Assembly (NCBI GenBank): GCA_030324005.1
Contig: JARDVH010000106.1
Location: forward strand, 46,903,574-46,967,573
Direction of reading: 5' to 3'
DNA length: 64,000 nt
Origin: Negaprion brevirostris
Lineage: Eukaryota
Position numbers and translations under genes: made by a program
Shown here: in pieces, positions 37,531-50,278 of the stretch
Numbering within the stretch: the stretch's first letter is position 1
Layout of the letters: each line of letters opens with the position of its first letter
The notes under the pieces: generated by a model
The model's database searches: none
What the model was told of the DNA's origin: nothing
Seen by the model: only the letters and a program-made list of their open reading frames with translations

Positions 37531-38522
37531 TTTTTTTCTATACTTCCTTGTTCTCTGTATTTGTGCGGTCCCTCACTGCCACTCTGCTTTCAGGAGGGCC
37601 AGTGATTTTTAACTGTGCGCTACAGGTAGGGTGCAAGTGTGCTGTGGCCGCAGGGTAGATCACAAGTCCCAACTTTATTTTATTTCTCTCTCTGTCAATT
37701 CCTGAAGGCTTGGCTCCAATGACACCACGGCAGCTATAGCTAATGGACTCAACCTCAATTAACACAAACAACAACTCTCAATCAGGTGGAAGGGATGGAC
37801 GTGGTGCAGAGAAAATCCCAGTAGGTCAGAGAAATTTTAAACAATTAGGGATTTAAGGCACTAATCAAACAATTGACACCAAGTGAAATGGCCTCAGATC
37901 AGACTAACAGTTTAACAGGGAAACTGTCTGCATAAAGGTATGTAAGAATGAGATTTGAACAAATATTTATGATTGAACGTGTATTTTGAAAAGTATTAAC
38001 TGTATTTTACAAAAATAATTGTGCACTTCAGCCAAGAGCAGCTGTTGCGGGGGATGATGAGCTAAAGCCTTAGCAGAGAGAATCACATTCTTTGGAACCA
38101 CAAACCTCAGAATGTGCAAGTTCTTATCAGCAAAAGTTGCTAGCATTACGGTTCTCAGGGCTACTTATGAATAGAGATCTTCACATGATCCAGACAAGAA
38201 AGGTCTCTTCTTAGATGTGAGAATGTACATCTGTCTCGTTTGGCCAGCGATAGCAGGAGTGGGTGGGAACCTTAACTTTGACCTTTGTAGCTAAGCATCG
38301 GGAATTACCAGACAACAGAGGAAGAAGCAGCAATAGGGGGAGGAAGCAACCAGATTCTACAGACCAATAAAATCCCACGATGTCAGAAGATAGAACGCAA
38401 TTGGCTAAAGTATGTAGCAAGTGTTATTAATGATCGATTTATATTGAAGATGATTGGTTCACAACTAATGAAAGGTGAGAGAGTTTGATATAAAAAATGT
38501 ATAATTGATCAGTTGATCAACT

Positions 38523-38824
38523 GGGACAGCACAGTAGTTAACACAGCTGCCTCACAGTGCCAGGGACTCAGGTTCAATTACAGCCGTGGGTCACTGTCTA
38601 CGTGGAGTTTGCACATTGCGTGGGTTTCCTCTAGGTGCTCTGGTTTCCTCCCACAGTCCAAAGATGTGCTGATTAGATTGACTGGCCTGCTAAATTGATC
38701 TGACTGTCGGGGGATTAGCAGGGTAAATATCTGTGATTACGTGTTTAAAGCATGGGTGGGATTGAAGACGGTGCAGGCTCAATGAACTGAACGGCTTCCT
38801 TCTGCAGTGTAGGGATTCTATGAT
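38523..38824 (+). mobile_element. HE1/V-SINE-like element, tail type A
   Basis: Head, V domain and tail ending gtagggattctatga. Confidence 0.85.
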
Positions 38825-39098
38825 TTGTGCATTGTAACCTCAGAGTGAGTGGCATTGGAATGCTGAGAGCTTCTCTTGTAGTAAGGCACCAGACTGCCCC
38901 CAATGCTCATTCTCCCATGGTTAAAGATATGTCTTTAAATTGGGACACTGGCTTTCGTGAGTCTTTGTATGGGCTGAAGTTATGGTGATATGTAGCCTCC
39001 ACAGAATCCTGCAACAGAAGGGAAAGGAAGAAGGAAGGGAAAGGAAAAAGGAAGGGAAAGAAAATGGAGCTGAAGAACAGCATATTGCTCCAAGCCGC

Positions 39099-39268
39099 AA
39101 GGTCTTTGTTGGTGACTTGGGAACAGAAGCTGCCAAAGGAGAACTGGAATGAGCTTTCAACGATTGTGGCCCTTTAAGGAATGTGTGGATAGCATGGAAC
39201 CCTCCAGGTTTCACTTCCGTGGAGTTTGAAGACCCCAGAGATGCAGAGGATGCTTTTCGGGAATGGAC
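39099..39268 (+). pseudogene. SRSF7-like (SRSF3/7 family) RRM pseudogene fragment, antisense within IGSF11 intron 3
   Basis: Translates [53 protein letters not shown], versus SRSF7 [54 protein letters not shown]. In-frame TGA at 39150-39152. Confidence 0.88.
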
Positions 39269-39880
39269 ATCAAGATTGACAGAGATTGAGAAATTCTGGG
39301 CTTATTTGGAACGATTGTGGGGTTTTGTTCATCTCTACATACATGTGGGTTACATACATGTTTCACACCTTTTAAAACATTTACTTCCTGAGTCATTCAA
39401 GATTTTCAATCCTACCTGTTAAAACATGAGCTGTGTAACTCTCAGATGTGTATGGAAAGTGGCAGAATCAGAAAATAACATTAAGGGGGCTGAAAGCACT
39501 CAAGGAGTACCAATTTAAAATCATGTCTTGTGCCAGTTAATTTTAGTTCTGATTCACTCGAGCATTTGATGGCACGTACAAAATACCAATTGATAACAGG
39601 GCAAGTTCTGCACAATCACATTTACAGAACATATACAGAGCTAGAATGACCTCCAAACATCCCCTGAACCCCTTAGCTGTATTTTTGGAGGTGCCACTTT
39701 AAAACGTTTCAGGAGAACTTGAATTAATAATCAAATTCACAGGCCTTATCATTTCCCAATTTCATGGATATTAACCTGCACATTTAAGCTAGCAGCATTA
39801 CAGCTTCCTCGCTCTGGAAACGACAAATAACATGGGGCGCTCCAGCATTTTAACAGTGGAAGGAAATTTATTCTTGTGCC

Positions 39881-40230
39881 AAAAGCAAAATACTGCAGAT
39901 ACTGGACATCGGAAATAGAAACAAAAAATGCTGGAAGTACTTAGCAGGCAGACAGCATCTGTGGAGATGGAGAAACAGAGTTAATGTTCCAGGTTGGTGG
40001 CATTTCATCAGGACACAATGAAAGGTCATCAAACTGAAATGTTAGTTCTGTTTCTCTCTATCCTTGCAGTCANNNNNNNNNNNNNNNNNNNNNNNNNNNN
40101 NNNNNNNNNNNNNNNNNNNNNNNNNNNNNNNNNNNNNNNNNNNNNNNNNNNNNNNNNNNNNNNNNNNNNNNNCTGTTTCTCTCTATCCTTGCAGTCATAT
40201 CCAGCATACTCTCTTTCTATTTTTGTTCCA
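39881..40230. mobile_element. Second, older family of inverted Penelope-type terminal repeat (imperfect palindrome, gap inside)
   Basis: gagaaacagagttaatgttccaggttggtggcatttcat pairs with atgaaaggtcatcaaactgaaatgttagttctgtttctc. CTGATGA on the minus strand at 40011-40005. Related fragments at ~49348-49400 and ~62720-62805. Confidence 0.55.
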
Positions 40231-40659
40231 GTTTTTCAGTGGGGATGGGGTTGTGTGATTACCTTGCGCCAAATTGAATTGAGACATACAGGGTATAAAT
40301 TTCATATTGCCTGTTCATATGAATGATTGCAACATGCAGCTTAGGGGGGAACATGTTGCTGACCTGCTAGTTACACTCAGCAGAAGGACATGGTGAGTGG
40401 GGCTAGCAAATAGGAAGGTCTCATTCCCATTTAAGATGCAGATCAAGGGATCATCGTTACACCAGCTCTCAAAGCTGAAGCTGGGATTGCAGATCCCATT
40501 TCAAGAGATGTCGGTCCCTCACTCCACTGAGGTCTAAGTCCTGATCTCCAATTTGAAGAAGCCGTTCAAGTTCAAGGCCTCGATCAAGGTCTTTCTCCAT
40601 CAAAACCACTAACCTTTAGAAAGTTCTCAGACCATCCCAACTACCAGCCCAGACCAGCA

Positions 40660-40760
40660 ATGCACGGGGTTATGGGGATAGGGCCTGGGTAGGATTGCAG
40701 TCGGTACAGACTCAATGGGTTGAATGGCCTCCTTCTGCACAGTAGGATTCTACGATTCTA
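40660..40760 (+). mobile_element. 3' fragment of HE1/V-SINE-like element, tail type A
   Basis: ggggttatggggatagggcctgggtaggatt...ggcctccttctgcacagtaggattctacgattcta. Confidence 0.72.
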
Positions 40761-41274
40761 TTTTAATAAATTCTTGAGAAGGCAGTTGAAACAGAAAGAT
40801 ATTATGAATAATAGAGCAACAGGGCCCTGGCCATCTGACCACTTCATAACTGACCTGGAATTTTTAGCTCCATTTTACATGCATCCATTCCACAGAAAAA
40901 TGTTACTACTGTTCACGTAGCACGACAAAGTTATTAATTGGTCATTGCTAAACAATCTGTACGCTTGTTCTATGGAGCTCCCTCATTAACTGGCAGGGTA
41001 CAGTAAAATACTTGCACTTCTTTGTATTAAATTTGACAGGTTTAGAGATTCTGCTTCACTGAATTGCAGTGTGTCAAGTAATGTCTTGAAGATTAAAGAA
41101 TCATGAATTTTTAAAACTCCCAAACCAGTTAACTATTTTATCTCTTTCACTTTTCCTCCCACTTCCCAATAAAAAAAACCTTAATCCACAGTGTGAAAAG
41201 GTGTAAACAGAATCAAAACAGCTGCTTTAGACAGATCGGAGACTTGTTGGAATTTCTGACATAGCAGATTTGGA

Positions 41275-41995
41275 GCAGAAACCTGGCAGATAGAGTCTGT
41301 TCCAATTTCTTACGTCGCGTGGATAGAGGATTGGCTGTCAATGAGNNNNNNNNNNNNNNNNNNNNNNNNNNNNNNNNNNNNNNNNNNNNNNNNNNNNNNN
41401 NNNNNNNNNNNNNNNNNNNNNNNNNNNNNNNNNNNNNNNNNNNNNNNNNNNNNNNNNNNNNNNNNNNNNNNNNNNNNNNNNNNNNNNNNNNNNNNNNNNN
41501 NNNNNNNNNNNNNNNNNNNNNNNNNNNNNNNNNNNNNNNNNNNNNNNNNNNNNNNNNNNNNNNNNNNNNNNNNNNNNNNNNNNNNNNNNNNNNNNNNNNN
41601 NNNNNNNNNNNNNNNNNNNNNNNNNNNNNNNNNNNNNNNNNNNNNNNNNNNNNNNNNNNNNNNNNNNNNNNNNNNNNNNNNNNNNNNNNNNNNNNNNNNN
41701 NNNNNNNNNNNNNNNNNNNNNNNNNNNNNNNNNNNNNNNNNNNNNNNNNNNNNNNNNNNNNNNNNNNNNNNNNNNNNNNNNNNNNNNNNNNNNNNNNNNN
41801 NNNNNNNNNNNNNNNNNNNNNNNNNNNNNNNNNNNNNNNNNNNNNNNNNNNNNNNNNNNNNNNNNNNNNNNNNNNNNNNNNNNNNNNNNNNNNNNNNNNN
41901 NNNNNNNNNNNNNNNNNNNNNNGATCTTATTGAATGGCGGGGCAGGCTCGAGGGGCTAGATGGCCTACTCCTGCTCCTATTTCTTATGTTCTTAC
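41275..41995 (+). mobile_element. CR1 LINE remnant spanning a 577-N gap
   Basis: The left flank gcgtggatagaggattggctg (AWIEDWL) is RT region; the right flank is the CR1 3' tail ending ctcctatttcttatgttctta. Confidence 0.72.
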
Positions 41996-42359
41996 TTGCA
42001 GCCATCTCTAATTCTGAAGCTGACAAAACTAGGGAGAAGCAAAAAAACTGAGCTGAGGGTTTATGGTGATCAATAGTCACAGAATCATTCACAAGAACAT
42101 AAGCTTTACTCAAAATTGCAATGTTTTAAACTTAAATCTTAATGAAATAGTATTTACATATGTATGCTAACAGAATGTCTGCACGTCCACTCCTTTTGTG
42201 TGTACACTAGCACAATTCTCACACTATTAGATTGTGTTTGAGTGATTGATCTATAGTACCATTGAATCTACATAAGCAAGCTCACGGAAATAAAAACATA
42301 AGCATGTGAAATATTTACAATTTCATGTCTGCTAAAAAATAAAAAGAGGGAAAGGAGGA

Positions 42360-42545
42360 AAAAGATCTTCCATCTAAAATCAGTAGCTTTCATGACTTCA
42401 GGATGTCCAATTTAATATATCCGAGGTAAAACCACTGTTGTTTATTAAGAATACGTGGCAACCAATTTATATTCAGCAAGATAGCACAAACAGCAAAAGA
42501 TAAACGATCAGAGGTTTTTTTTTAAAAATGATGTTGGTTGAGAAA
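42360..42545 (-). mobile_element. DeuSINE (SacSINE1-like) 3' remnant
   Basis: ctttcatgacttcaggatgtcc...gtggcaaccaattt...cagcaagatagcacaaacagcaa...tgatgttggttgag. Confidence 0.6.
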
Positions 42546-44212
42546 ATGGGAATGCTGAATTTATGTTTGGGACCCAGGTGGTAAATATGTAAGAGTATTT
42601 CTCAGGGAACTCTAATCAGTTCCTTCACATTTTAGAGAAATTGTCAATAGCAAATGAAGATCATTGAAAAAAAAATGAATCCATAAATTACAAAGATGTC
42701 TTCTTTCAAACATATTGCCCATCAGTTGTGATTGCATTAGGTTCAAAATAATAATGGTATTTTATCTACTAATGCTAGAGGTAAATTGCACATTAAAATG
42801 GATCTGCAATTACTTCACAATAGGGGAACATGCAAGCATCCATCCAAACCACTAAAGCATCAGAGAGGTTATAGCTGGGTTTTTGGTGTCATCTTCAATT
42901 CATAGATTTTACACCAGTTGTGAATGCATTTTCTGCATATTTGACTTTTGACCCAGAAATATTTGATCATCACTAATATTCAAAGTGAAGGTAGTTAAGA
43001 GAAAGCAGTTGCCATTTTAACCACAGTTCCCATTTTTGTCTCAAGCTGCTGAATTCCTCTCTTAGTGAGATATTACAGTGAAGCAAGATTTCTGCTTATT
43101 TGTTTAGCAAATGCAAATCCCCAAGCAAGGCAACAATTTGTTCAGTTTTTTTTTCTGGGTCAAGGGTCATTTGGCATGCAGAGACAAGATGGGGCCAGTG
43201 TCAAGCTGGAAATTAAACTACTGCTGTACCAGATGGTTAGAGATGAAGGAGAAGGATCCTGGGCAACATTTAAGAGACAAGAGGTCTTTTCTTGGCTCTC
43301 TTTAAACAAACCAGAGCCATTATCACCACCTACAGGTCTTGTGCCCCATTTTACCAGGAAGCCCCACACTGTGATAGTAAGAGGCAACAACAAGAAAACC
43401 CAGCAGGAACATAAGCCTCGTTGCACCCATGAATATTTAAATATAGCAGCAGATAGGAAGAGGTATACTCAAGGACAAGCTATGGGAAGTCTAGCTTGAG
43501 GCAAAAATGCAGCATAGGCATTCTTTCCCAAATTTTGTTCCCTTTCTGCCACTATCCCTCTCAGTTTCTGGCAAGATATTTAATACCTTTCCAAATTATG
43601 TAAACTGTATTCTTTACTTTTGCTCATCATTTTTTATATTTCATAGACACAGGAGTCAACATGTTTCATAACATTCAGCTTTGGTTCCATTATTTGAAAT
43701 ATGATAGCACTTAGATTACAAAATATAAAGTGTGATTCAACAACACCTTGATAAACATTACATTATAAACGCACTATTGAGTGAACTTGATAAACCAATG
43801 TTACACAGCTGAATCTGAACACAATTTTGTACTGTGGATTGATTTAAAGTGAAAATAGGATAGAAAATGGCACTCTTAATTTGACCTATAACCCTTAAAA
43901 GCCAATTTAAAAAATAAACTTTCAAGTTATCTATATAGCTTCAATTTGACCATTGATTCTGCTGTTTAAGGATCTCATAATCTGCAGCGTTTCATCTCTT
44001 CGGAATATTGAACATCCATGTAACAGGGGAGATCAATTGATATCAAGACAAGTCATACTGCAGCGCGAGCAGCTTCAAGGTAACNNNNNNNNNNNNNNNN
44101 NNNNNAATTCTTAGGTTTTCCCCTGAGCACGTCCCCAAATCCATCAACTGCAGCTCTTTTGCTTAGAGCCTCGTTCTCTGCCGCTCTTTTCCCTTAACCT
44201 GGACCTCTCCGT

Positions 44213-44392
44213 GTTCCTCTCTCCTCTGTCAGGCAGGTTGTTCACCAAACACTGGTACGTCCCCGTGTCTGACCGTTGTGTGTTATTAATGAAGATGGAG
44301 GCACTTGTGCTGGGCATGGTGGTGACAAAACCCACACGGGAAGTAAATTGGGTGGCTCCACTAATTACCTGCCCTCCCTGGTACAAAATTAC
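44213..44392 (-). CDS. IGSF11: IGSF11 coding exon 3 (C-terminal half of IgV); recognisable part only, 3' end and donor missing
   Basis: Acceptor ttcttgtgtcgcag|. Translates [60 protein letters not shown], including the DTGTYQC IgV motif. Homology stops at 44213; the expected last ~9 codons and phase-1 GT donor are absent. Confidence 0.9.
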
Positions 44393-46606
44393 CTGCGACA
44401 CAAGAAAATAAAAAGAGGAAAAATAAATACATTTAGCTTAAACTAAAACAGAGCACAGAGTCAGACGTTTATGGCATATAAACAGGCCCTTCGGCCCAAC
44501 TTATCCATACTGTCCTTTTTTTAAAACCCCTAAGCTCATCCCAATTAAATTCAGTAATATTTCATTCTATGGCAAAATTTTATATTTAAACACCATTGAC
44601 CACAGCATCAATGCTGCTATGTAGCAGTATGATTTCACTGAGTTCAGCAACACAAGGGGTCCAATTATGCAGGGCTCCAAAAGAGATGGCAAATTGAGAC
44701 CCCAACATGTCCAACGATGGTTTGCTTGGTCAAAATCTTTATAATAATTTCAGAATTTCACCAATCCAATTAATTGTCAGGGAATGTATACTTCCTGTCA
44801 GGCTGAAAATCCCCAGTAGGAGCTTAACCATTTCAATTGAAATTCTACAATCTTGATGCTTTTTCCCTTTATTACTGGAGCTATAACTGAATTGTATATA
44901 ATGTACAGCACAGATGCGAGTTTTTAAATGGAAAATGGTCATGGCTCATATGCAGGCTGCACACGATATTTACTGTCAAAATCATGATGGTCTCTGACAC
45001 CAAGCTCTATTAACAGTAGGAGTGTGCACACCAGTGATCCCAAACACTCCATAAAACATTTAGAGTATTAAAAACAGACTATACGCGTTTTTAAATGTAG
45101 TACAGTAGCTTAACATATTTTAGTGCAGAAAAGGTGTGAAGGAATTCAGCATACCCTTACACACAGGGGATTTAATTCAGAACAGCCCTGATTACCCACC
45201 CATAAACAGAAAGATATTTTGATTCCTGCCCCTTTTTCACTGTTGCCGTATTTTCCCCGCCAACTCAGTTTTAGAGCAATCCAATCCTCCTTAAATAACC
45301 CAACAGCAAACTTGAGATCAGAAAGTTAGTTTATTTGATACACTCAAAAGGTGAGAAGGGATTTCACAACATAGCCCCCAGCACATTCACACAATAAGTG
45401 AGGCTTGGGGAAGAAAGAGGTTCAGGGCAAAGACCACAAACAAAATAAGAATTGTCATTCACGCGAGTCCAAAATCAAAAGTCCAATGATTTATTCCTTA
45501 ACAGAGATTAACGGCTGAAACTGATGCATTGTGATCCACAACATGGATCACAGTGTCCAGCATTAGGAACATAATTTCCATACCTTAGCATATCATTACC
45601 AGGCCTCCACACTCAGGTCATTCCCTTCCCTGCTCATAAAAAAGTCCATTCACATCAGCATGAGGGCAGAACNNNNNNNNNNNNNNNNNNNNNNNNNNNN
45701 NNNNNNNNNNNNNNNNNNNNNNNNNNNNNNNNNNNNNNNNNNNNNNNNNNNNNNNNNNNNNNNNNNNNNNNNNNNNNNNNNNNNNNNNNNNNNNNNNNNN
45801 NNNNNNNNNNNATTGTATGTTTTTTTTCTTTTCTTGGGAGGGGGTTTTTCCAGGTGAACTAATGTGCACTAGGGTGGCCTTCAGAAATGACATCCCAATC
45901 TTCAAACAACTAAGTCGCTGATGGGACGGGCTCAATCAATCAGCACGACGGAGTGGGACTTAACCCTTGCTATGTCCCAAACTGGAGAAAAACACCTCTT
46001 CAATGCTGCTTTCCCCACCACTTGTCACCCTTTGCCAAATTCAGGGAAAATTCTGCTAATTGTCTATGTAGGCCAGAGTTCAGCCTTCAAAATGTAAAAG
46101 GGTTTTTGCACATTTCCTTGGAATTTGATTTTTGTAGTCACAGAAGGCATAAGCAATCCTTTGGGGTAACAACATCCTTATTGTTTTCTGAAGGATAGTA
46201 ATGCCTTTTGTGTGAGTCATAGCTACTGAGACTTCAGTATAAAGTCTTTAACCATTTTAAAAAATAATAATTTTATGAAGTAGCCAAGATGATATTTATT
46301 TTACCCTTTATGTTTCTTCGGCATAATAACACTTAGAAAAACTTCAAACTCTTCAAATACAAAATAGCTGTTGGATGGATGGGAATTACTGCTGAAAACA
46401 ACAGGATTTCTAGTATGTTTGCAGAGCATAGTGTAGCTGCTTCCCATAACACCAAGACTGAATCATTATATGAGGACCATACGTTTATTAACCCCAGTAA
46501 CATGATTTCAATCCCAATTAATTACCCATACTCTGATCAATATTTCCCTTCACACTTGCCCCAAAATGACAATTTTAAAAATTTATATGTTGTTCAATTA
46601 GAGTAA

Positions 46607-46897
46607 AGGTGCACAGTGATTAGCACTGCTGCCTAACAGTACCAGGGACCCAGGTTCAATTCCCGTCTTGGGTCACTGTGCGGAGTCTGCATGTTCTCCT
46701 CGTGGCTGCATGGTTTCCTCTGGGCACTCGGTTTCCTCCCACAGTCCAAAAGGCATGCTGGTTAGGTGGATTGGCCATGCTAAATTCTCCCTCAGTGTAC
46801 CCAAATTGGCGCTGGAGTGTGGCAGCTAGGAGATATTCACAGTAACTTCATTACAGTGTTGATGTAAGTCTATTTGTGACACTAATAAATAAATAAT
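46607..46897 (+). mobile_element. HE1/V-SINE-like element, tail type B
   Basis: Head and V domain; tail cacagtaacttcattacagtgttgatgtaagtctatttgtgacactaataaataaa. Confidence 0.85.
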
Positions 46898-47274
46898 AAG
46901 GTAGGGCATCCACAATATGGATTCTGCATATTTGCTTAAGGTGTTTTCCTGTCTTTGAATACACCACATAGAGAAGGATGCTGATTCAAAATGGAGATGG
47001 ATACTTAAATTTACTCTGCTATCAAGCTATTAGCCCAGGTCTGCCAGTCTCCAGATCAACAGAGACTGAATGTTGCCCCTCCTACAGGGCACCTCAAATC
47101 CCAAAGCATGATGATTCTGTGGGAACTGCTTGAGAAGTTAATGCTCTCGAATTAAACCCTGTTGAATTACTAGTTCAGCTAGTTGAAAGCGGGATGAACT
47201 GATTCACTTTGAATCATAAACCACAAAATCAACCCTGAACCAAATTTCGTTATGCATTTAAACAGACAGCATTT

Positions 47275-47597
47275 CAGTGGACTTGACAGTCTAGTTGCTA
47301 AAACGTTTCTCCTGGCTGGGAAATCGAAAACATAGGGTCACCATTCAGAATTGGGGTAGGTCATTTCAAACAGAAAGGAGGAGAAATTTCTGCACTCAAA
47401 GAATGCAGAAATTCTTTACTGAATCTTTTGAATTTTCTGTCCCACAGAGCTACGGAAGTTCAGTCAAAATATATTCAAAACCAATGTCAACAGAACCTTT
47501 GGGTACAGTGGGAATTCTAGGATATTACAGGAGGATGAAATTAAGATCAGTTGAATGGCATAAGAGGCTCAAAGAGCCAAATGACTTGGTTCAGTTC
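47275..47597 (+). mobile_element. CR1 LINE 3' end remnant
   Basis: GRSFQTERRRNFCTQR-like translation; tail gaatggcataagaggctcaaagagccaaatgac. Confidence 0.65.
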
Positions 47598-49936
47598 CTG
47601 GGAGGATTCTCCAGGCCCGCTAGCTCCAATCGCAAATCACAATGGCTCAGAGACTTGGGTGGTNNNNNNNNNNGTGTCGGCACAAAAAGATGGGCTTTCG
47701 GCACTAAAAATGGCAGCGCCAATTGGGAAGGTGGGAACCTGATGAATATTTAAATTGGCTAGTTAACAAAGACCTTAATGGGCTTCAAGCCCAATTCAAA
47801 TACATCCCTCTATTCACCTATCTCCCCACTGAGATCTGAAATAGATGAACTTTCATATAAGTCCAGTAACCCCCAGCAACGAGAGGCACCCTGCCCCCAA
47901 CACCACGCAGACATGTTGTTTATCCAACACGATGTGTCACTCAGGTCCCCTTCTCCCTCAGACCCCCACTCAGTCTCCCTTTAGACTGCGTGGCTTGGCA
48001 GTGCCAACCATGCACTTCCCCCGGCACCAACACCCTGGCCTGGTGCCTTGGGCCTCAAGGGGGCTTGAAGATGGAGGTCCACTGGCCATTTACCCCATTG
48101 CTGCTGCCAGACTACAGGGGAAGGGTCTGTCAAGGGTCCTGGGAGTTGGGTAGGCTTGGGCTGGGGGAAAAGGGGTTGATCTCACCACTCGTCACTGGGA
48201 TGGGGGTGTCATGGCTGGACTGCCCCTTCTAATCCTGGCATAATGGCAGATCATGCCTGGCATGGCGATTTCAGGTAGCCCTGTGATTAATATCTGCATT
48301 CCTGCTGTGCAAATTCTGAAGTGGCCAGGTTACTTGAATCTCCATACCCCCATCACCTGACAGTATTTTAAATCATTGCAGCACTCCATTCTGCAGCAGA
48401 GACTTTCCTTTCTTCCTGTCAAAAGTTGCAGATCCTTTGAAATCCTCTGACTGAGAGTGGATGTCAATTTTACCTGGCTAGGGTTCCATTCTTTGAGTGC
48501 TATGCACTGAGCCCTAATGTACGCACACAGCTTTGATTTGAAGTTGCTCAGGCTTCCCAGCGAACTGAAATCATTGAAACCCTCTCCATTGCACTCAAAG
48601 CCTTTTATCAGTAACAAATGCAACACGCACTGCCTCAAGACTCAATTGTCAGCTCAATAGCTTTTTATCATCCTCCAGCCACCTGTGTTTATTTTTATTT
48701 CCCACAGTTGAATGCACCTCAAGCACCCCATTGACCCTGACTGCAATAGTGAGAGTAAGGCCTGATGACAATTTGTGGTATAACTTCCTCTTTGAAGTGT
48801 TTGCAAAAGCACACCAGATGGCCCTTAAAGGGGCCATGCTACCAAAGGAGACCAATTACAGATTAGGTGATCATTTTGCAGAATAGCTCAATTCAGCCCA
48901 TAAGTGTAATCCTAAGTTTCCAATTGCCTGTCATTTTTATTCTCTACCCGCTTCTTGCTCTGACCTTCATTGTTCCAATAAAGTTCAATGGAAGTTGGAT
49001 GAGACACTTTATACCTTCTGGACTCATTGAGTTCAACAATTACAGATCATAACTGGCTCCTATTGGTTTTGGACTGGCATTGCTGGCATGGAACTGCTTT
49101 TGTCATATGCAACTTATCCAGACTTGTATTTGTTTCTNNNNNNNNNNNNNNNNNNNNNNNNNNNNNNNNNNNNNNNNNNNNNNNNNNNNNNNNNNNNNNN
49201 NNNNNNNNNNNNNNNNNNNNNNNNNNNNNNNNNNNNNNNNNNNNNNNNNNNNNNNNNNNNNNNNNNNNNNNNNNNNNNNNNNNNNNNNNNNNNNNNNNNN
49301 NNNNNNNNNNNNNNNNNNNNNNNNNNNNNNNNNNNNNNNNNNNNNNNCCCTCCATAGTTGATATGGGTATTTCCAACATTTTTCTGTTTTTTTTGATTTC
49401 ATTGCCTGTCTCAGTTCCGACTGCACCATTTTTGCAGCTACCCTGACTTCTGATACCACATGGATGCATTGTGCTTTGCCCAATTGCCCGAAATGGAGCA
49501 CCATTTCCACAGAGAATGAGGTCCACCATTTCCACATTGATCCTGCATGAATTTCCACTAAACTCCCATTGGGGCCATCTTTGACTGCTTTTTCCCTGAA
49601 GCAAATATCCAGAGGGGGTAGATCCCATTTCTTGCTTGTCCACATTGAGTGGTTTAGGTTAGCAGTCAATTCCTGGTAAAATATGTTCTAAGTGAAAGTT
49701 ATAGCTTTTAGCTCCTCGCACACAGGTCTTCTCAAAGTGGAAGCAACCCCAGATTAGACTCATGAGATTTACTCGGGAGAACTGTCAATACAAAAATTCT
49801 GAGTAGCTGAATTTAAAAAAAACTTCCTAGATTCTGGCCTTGATGAAGCTCATTAGGTTTCCACGGATCTTGCTGCCAGCTATACTAGATCTTCTATATC
49901 AGCGTCGACTAACTGTAGAATTTAGTGTGAATAATG

Positions 49937-50278
49937 AGCAGCACGGTGGCACAGTGGTTAGTGCTGCTGCCTCACAGCAATAGTTAGAGTAAAGCCTGAT
50001 GACCCAGGTTCAATTCCTGCCTCGGGTGACTGTCTGTGTGGCGTTTGCATATTACTGTGTGGGTTTCCTCCAAGTGCTCCAGTTTCCTCTCAGTTCCAAG
50101 ATGTGTGGATTTTGTTGATTGGCCATGCTAAATTGCCCCTTAGTGTCCCAAGATGTGTAGATCAATGGGGTCAACAGGGTAAGTATGCTGTGGAGTTACG
50201 GGGATCGGGGCTGGGAGAATTGTTGTTGGTGCAGGCTCATTGGGCCAAACGGCCTCCTTCTGCACTGGGGATTCTACG
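49937..50278 (+). mobile_element. HE1/V-SINE-like element, tail type A, with ~20-bp insertion in the head
   Basis: gcagcacggtggcacagtggttagtgctgctgcctcacagc...ggttcaattcc...ggcctccttctgcactggggattcta. Confidence 0.85.

Noticed and set aside
40048-40197. 25-bp direct repeat ctgtttctctctatccttgcagtca
   Set aside because: The copies sit on either side of a 100-N gap, the signature of an unmerged contig overlap.
41310-42113. Long ORFs of 200-267 aa (also those at 33655-34030 and 49027-49669)
   Set aside because: Open only because they run through N gaps.
43065-43499. 144-aa plus-strand ORF and other 60-120-aa ORFs in introns
   Set aside because: No recognisable domain or splice context, and lengths are compatible with chance.
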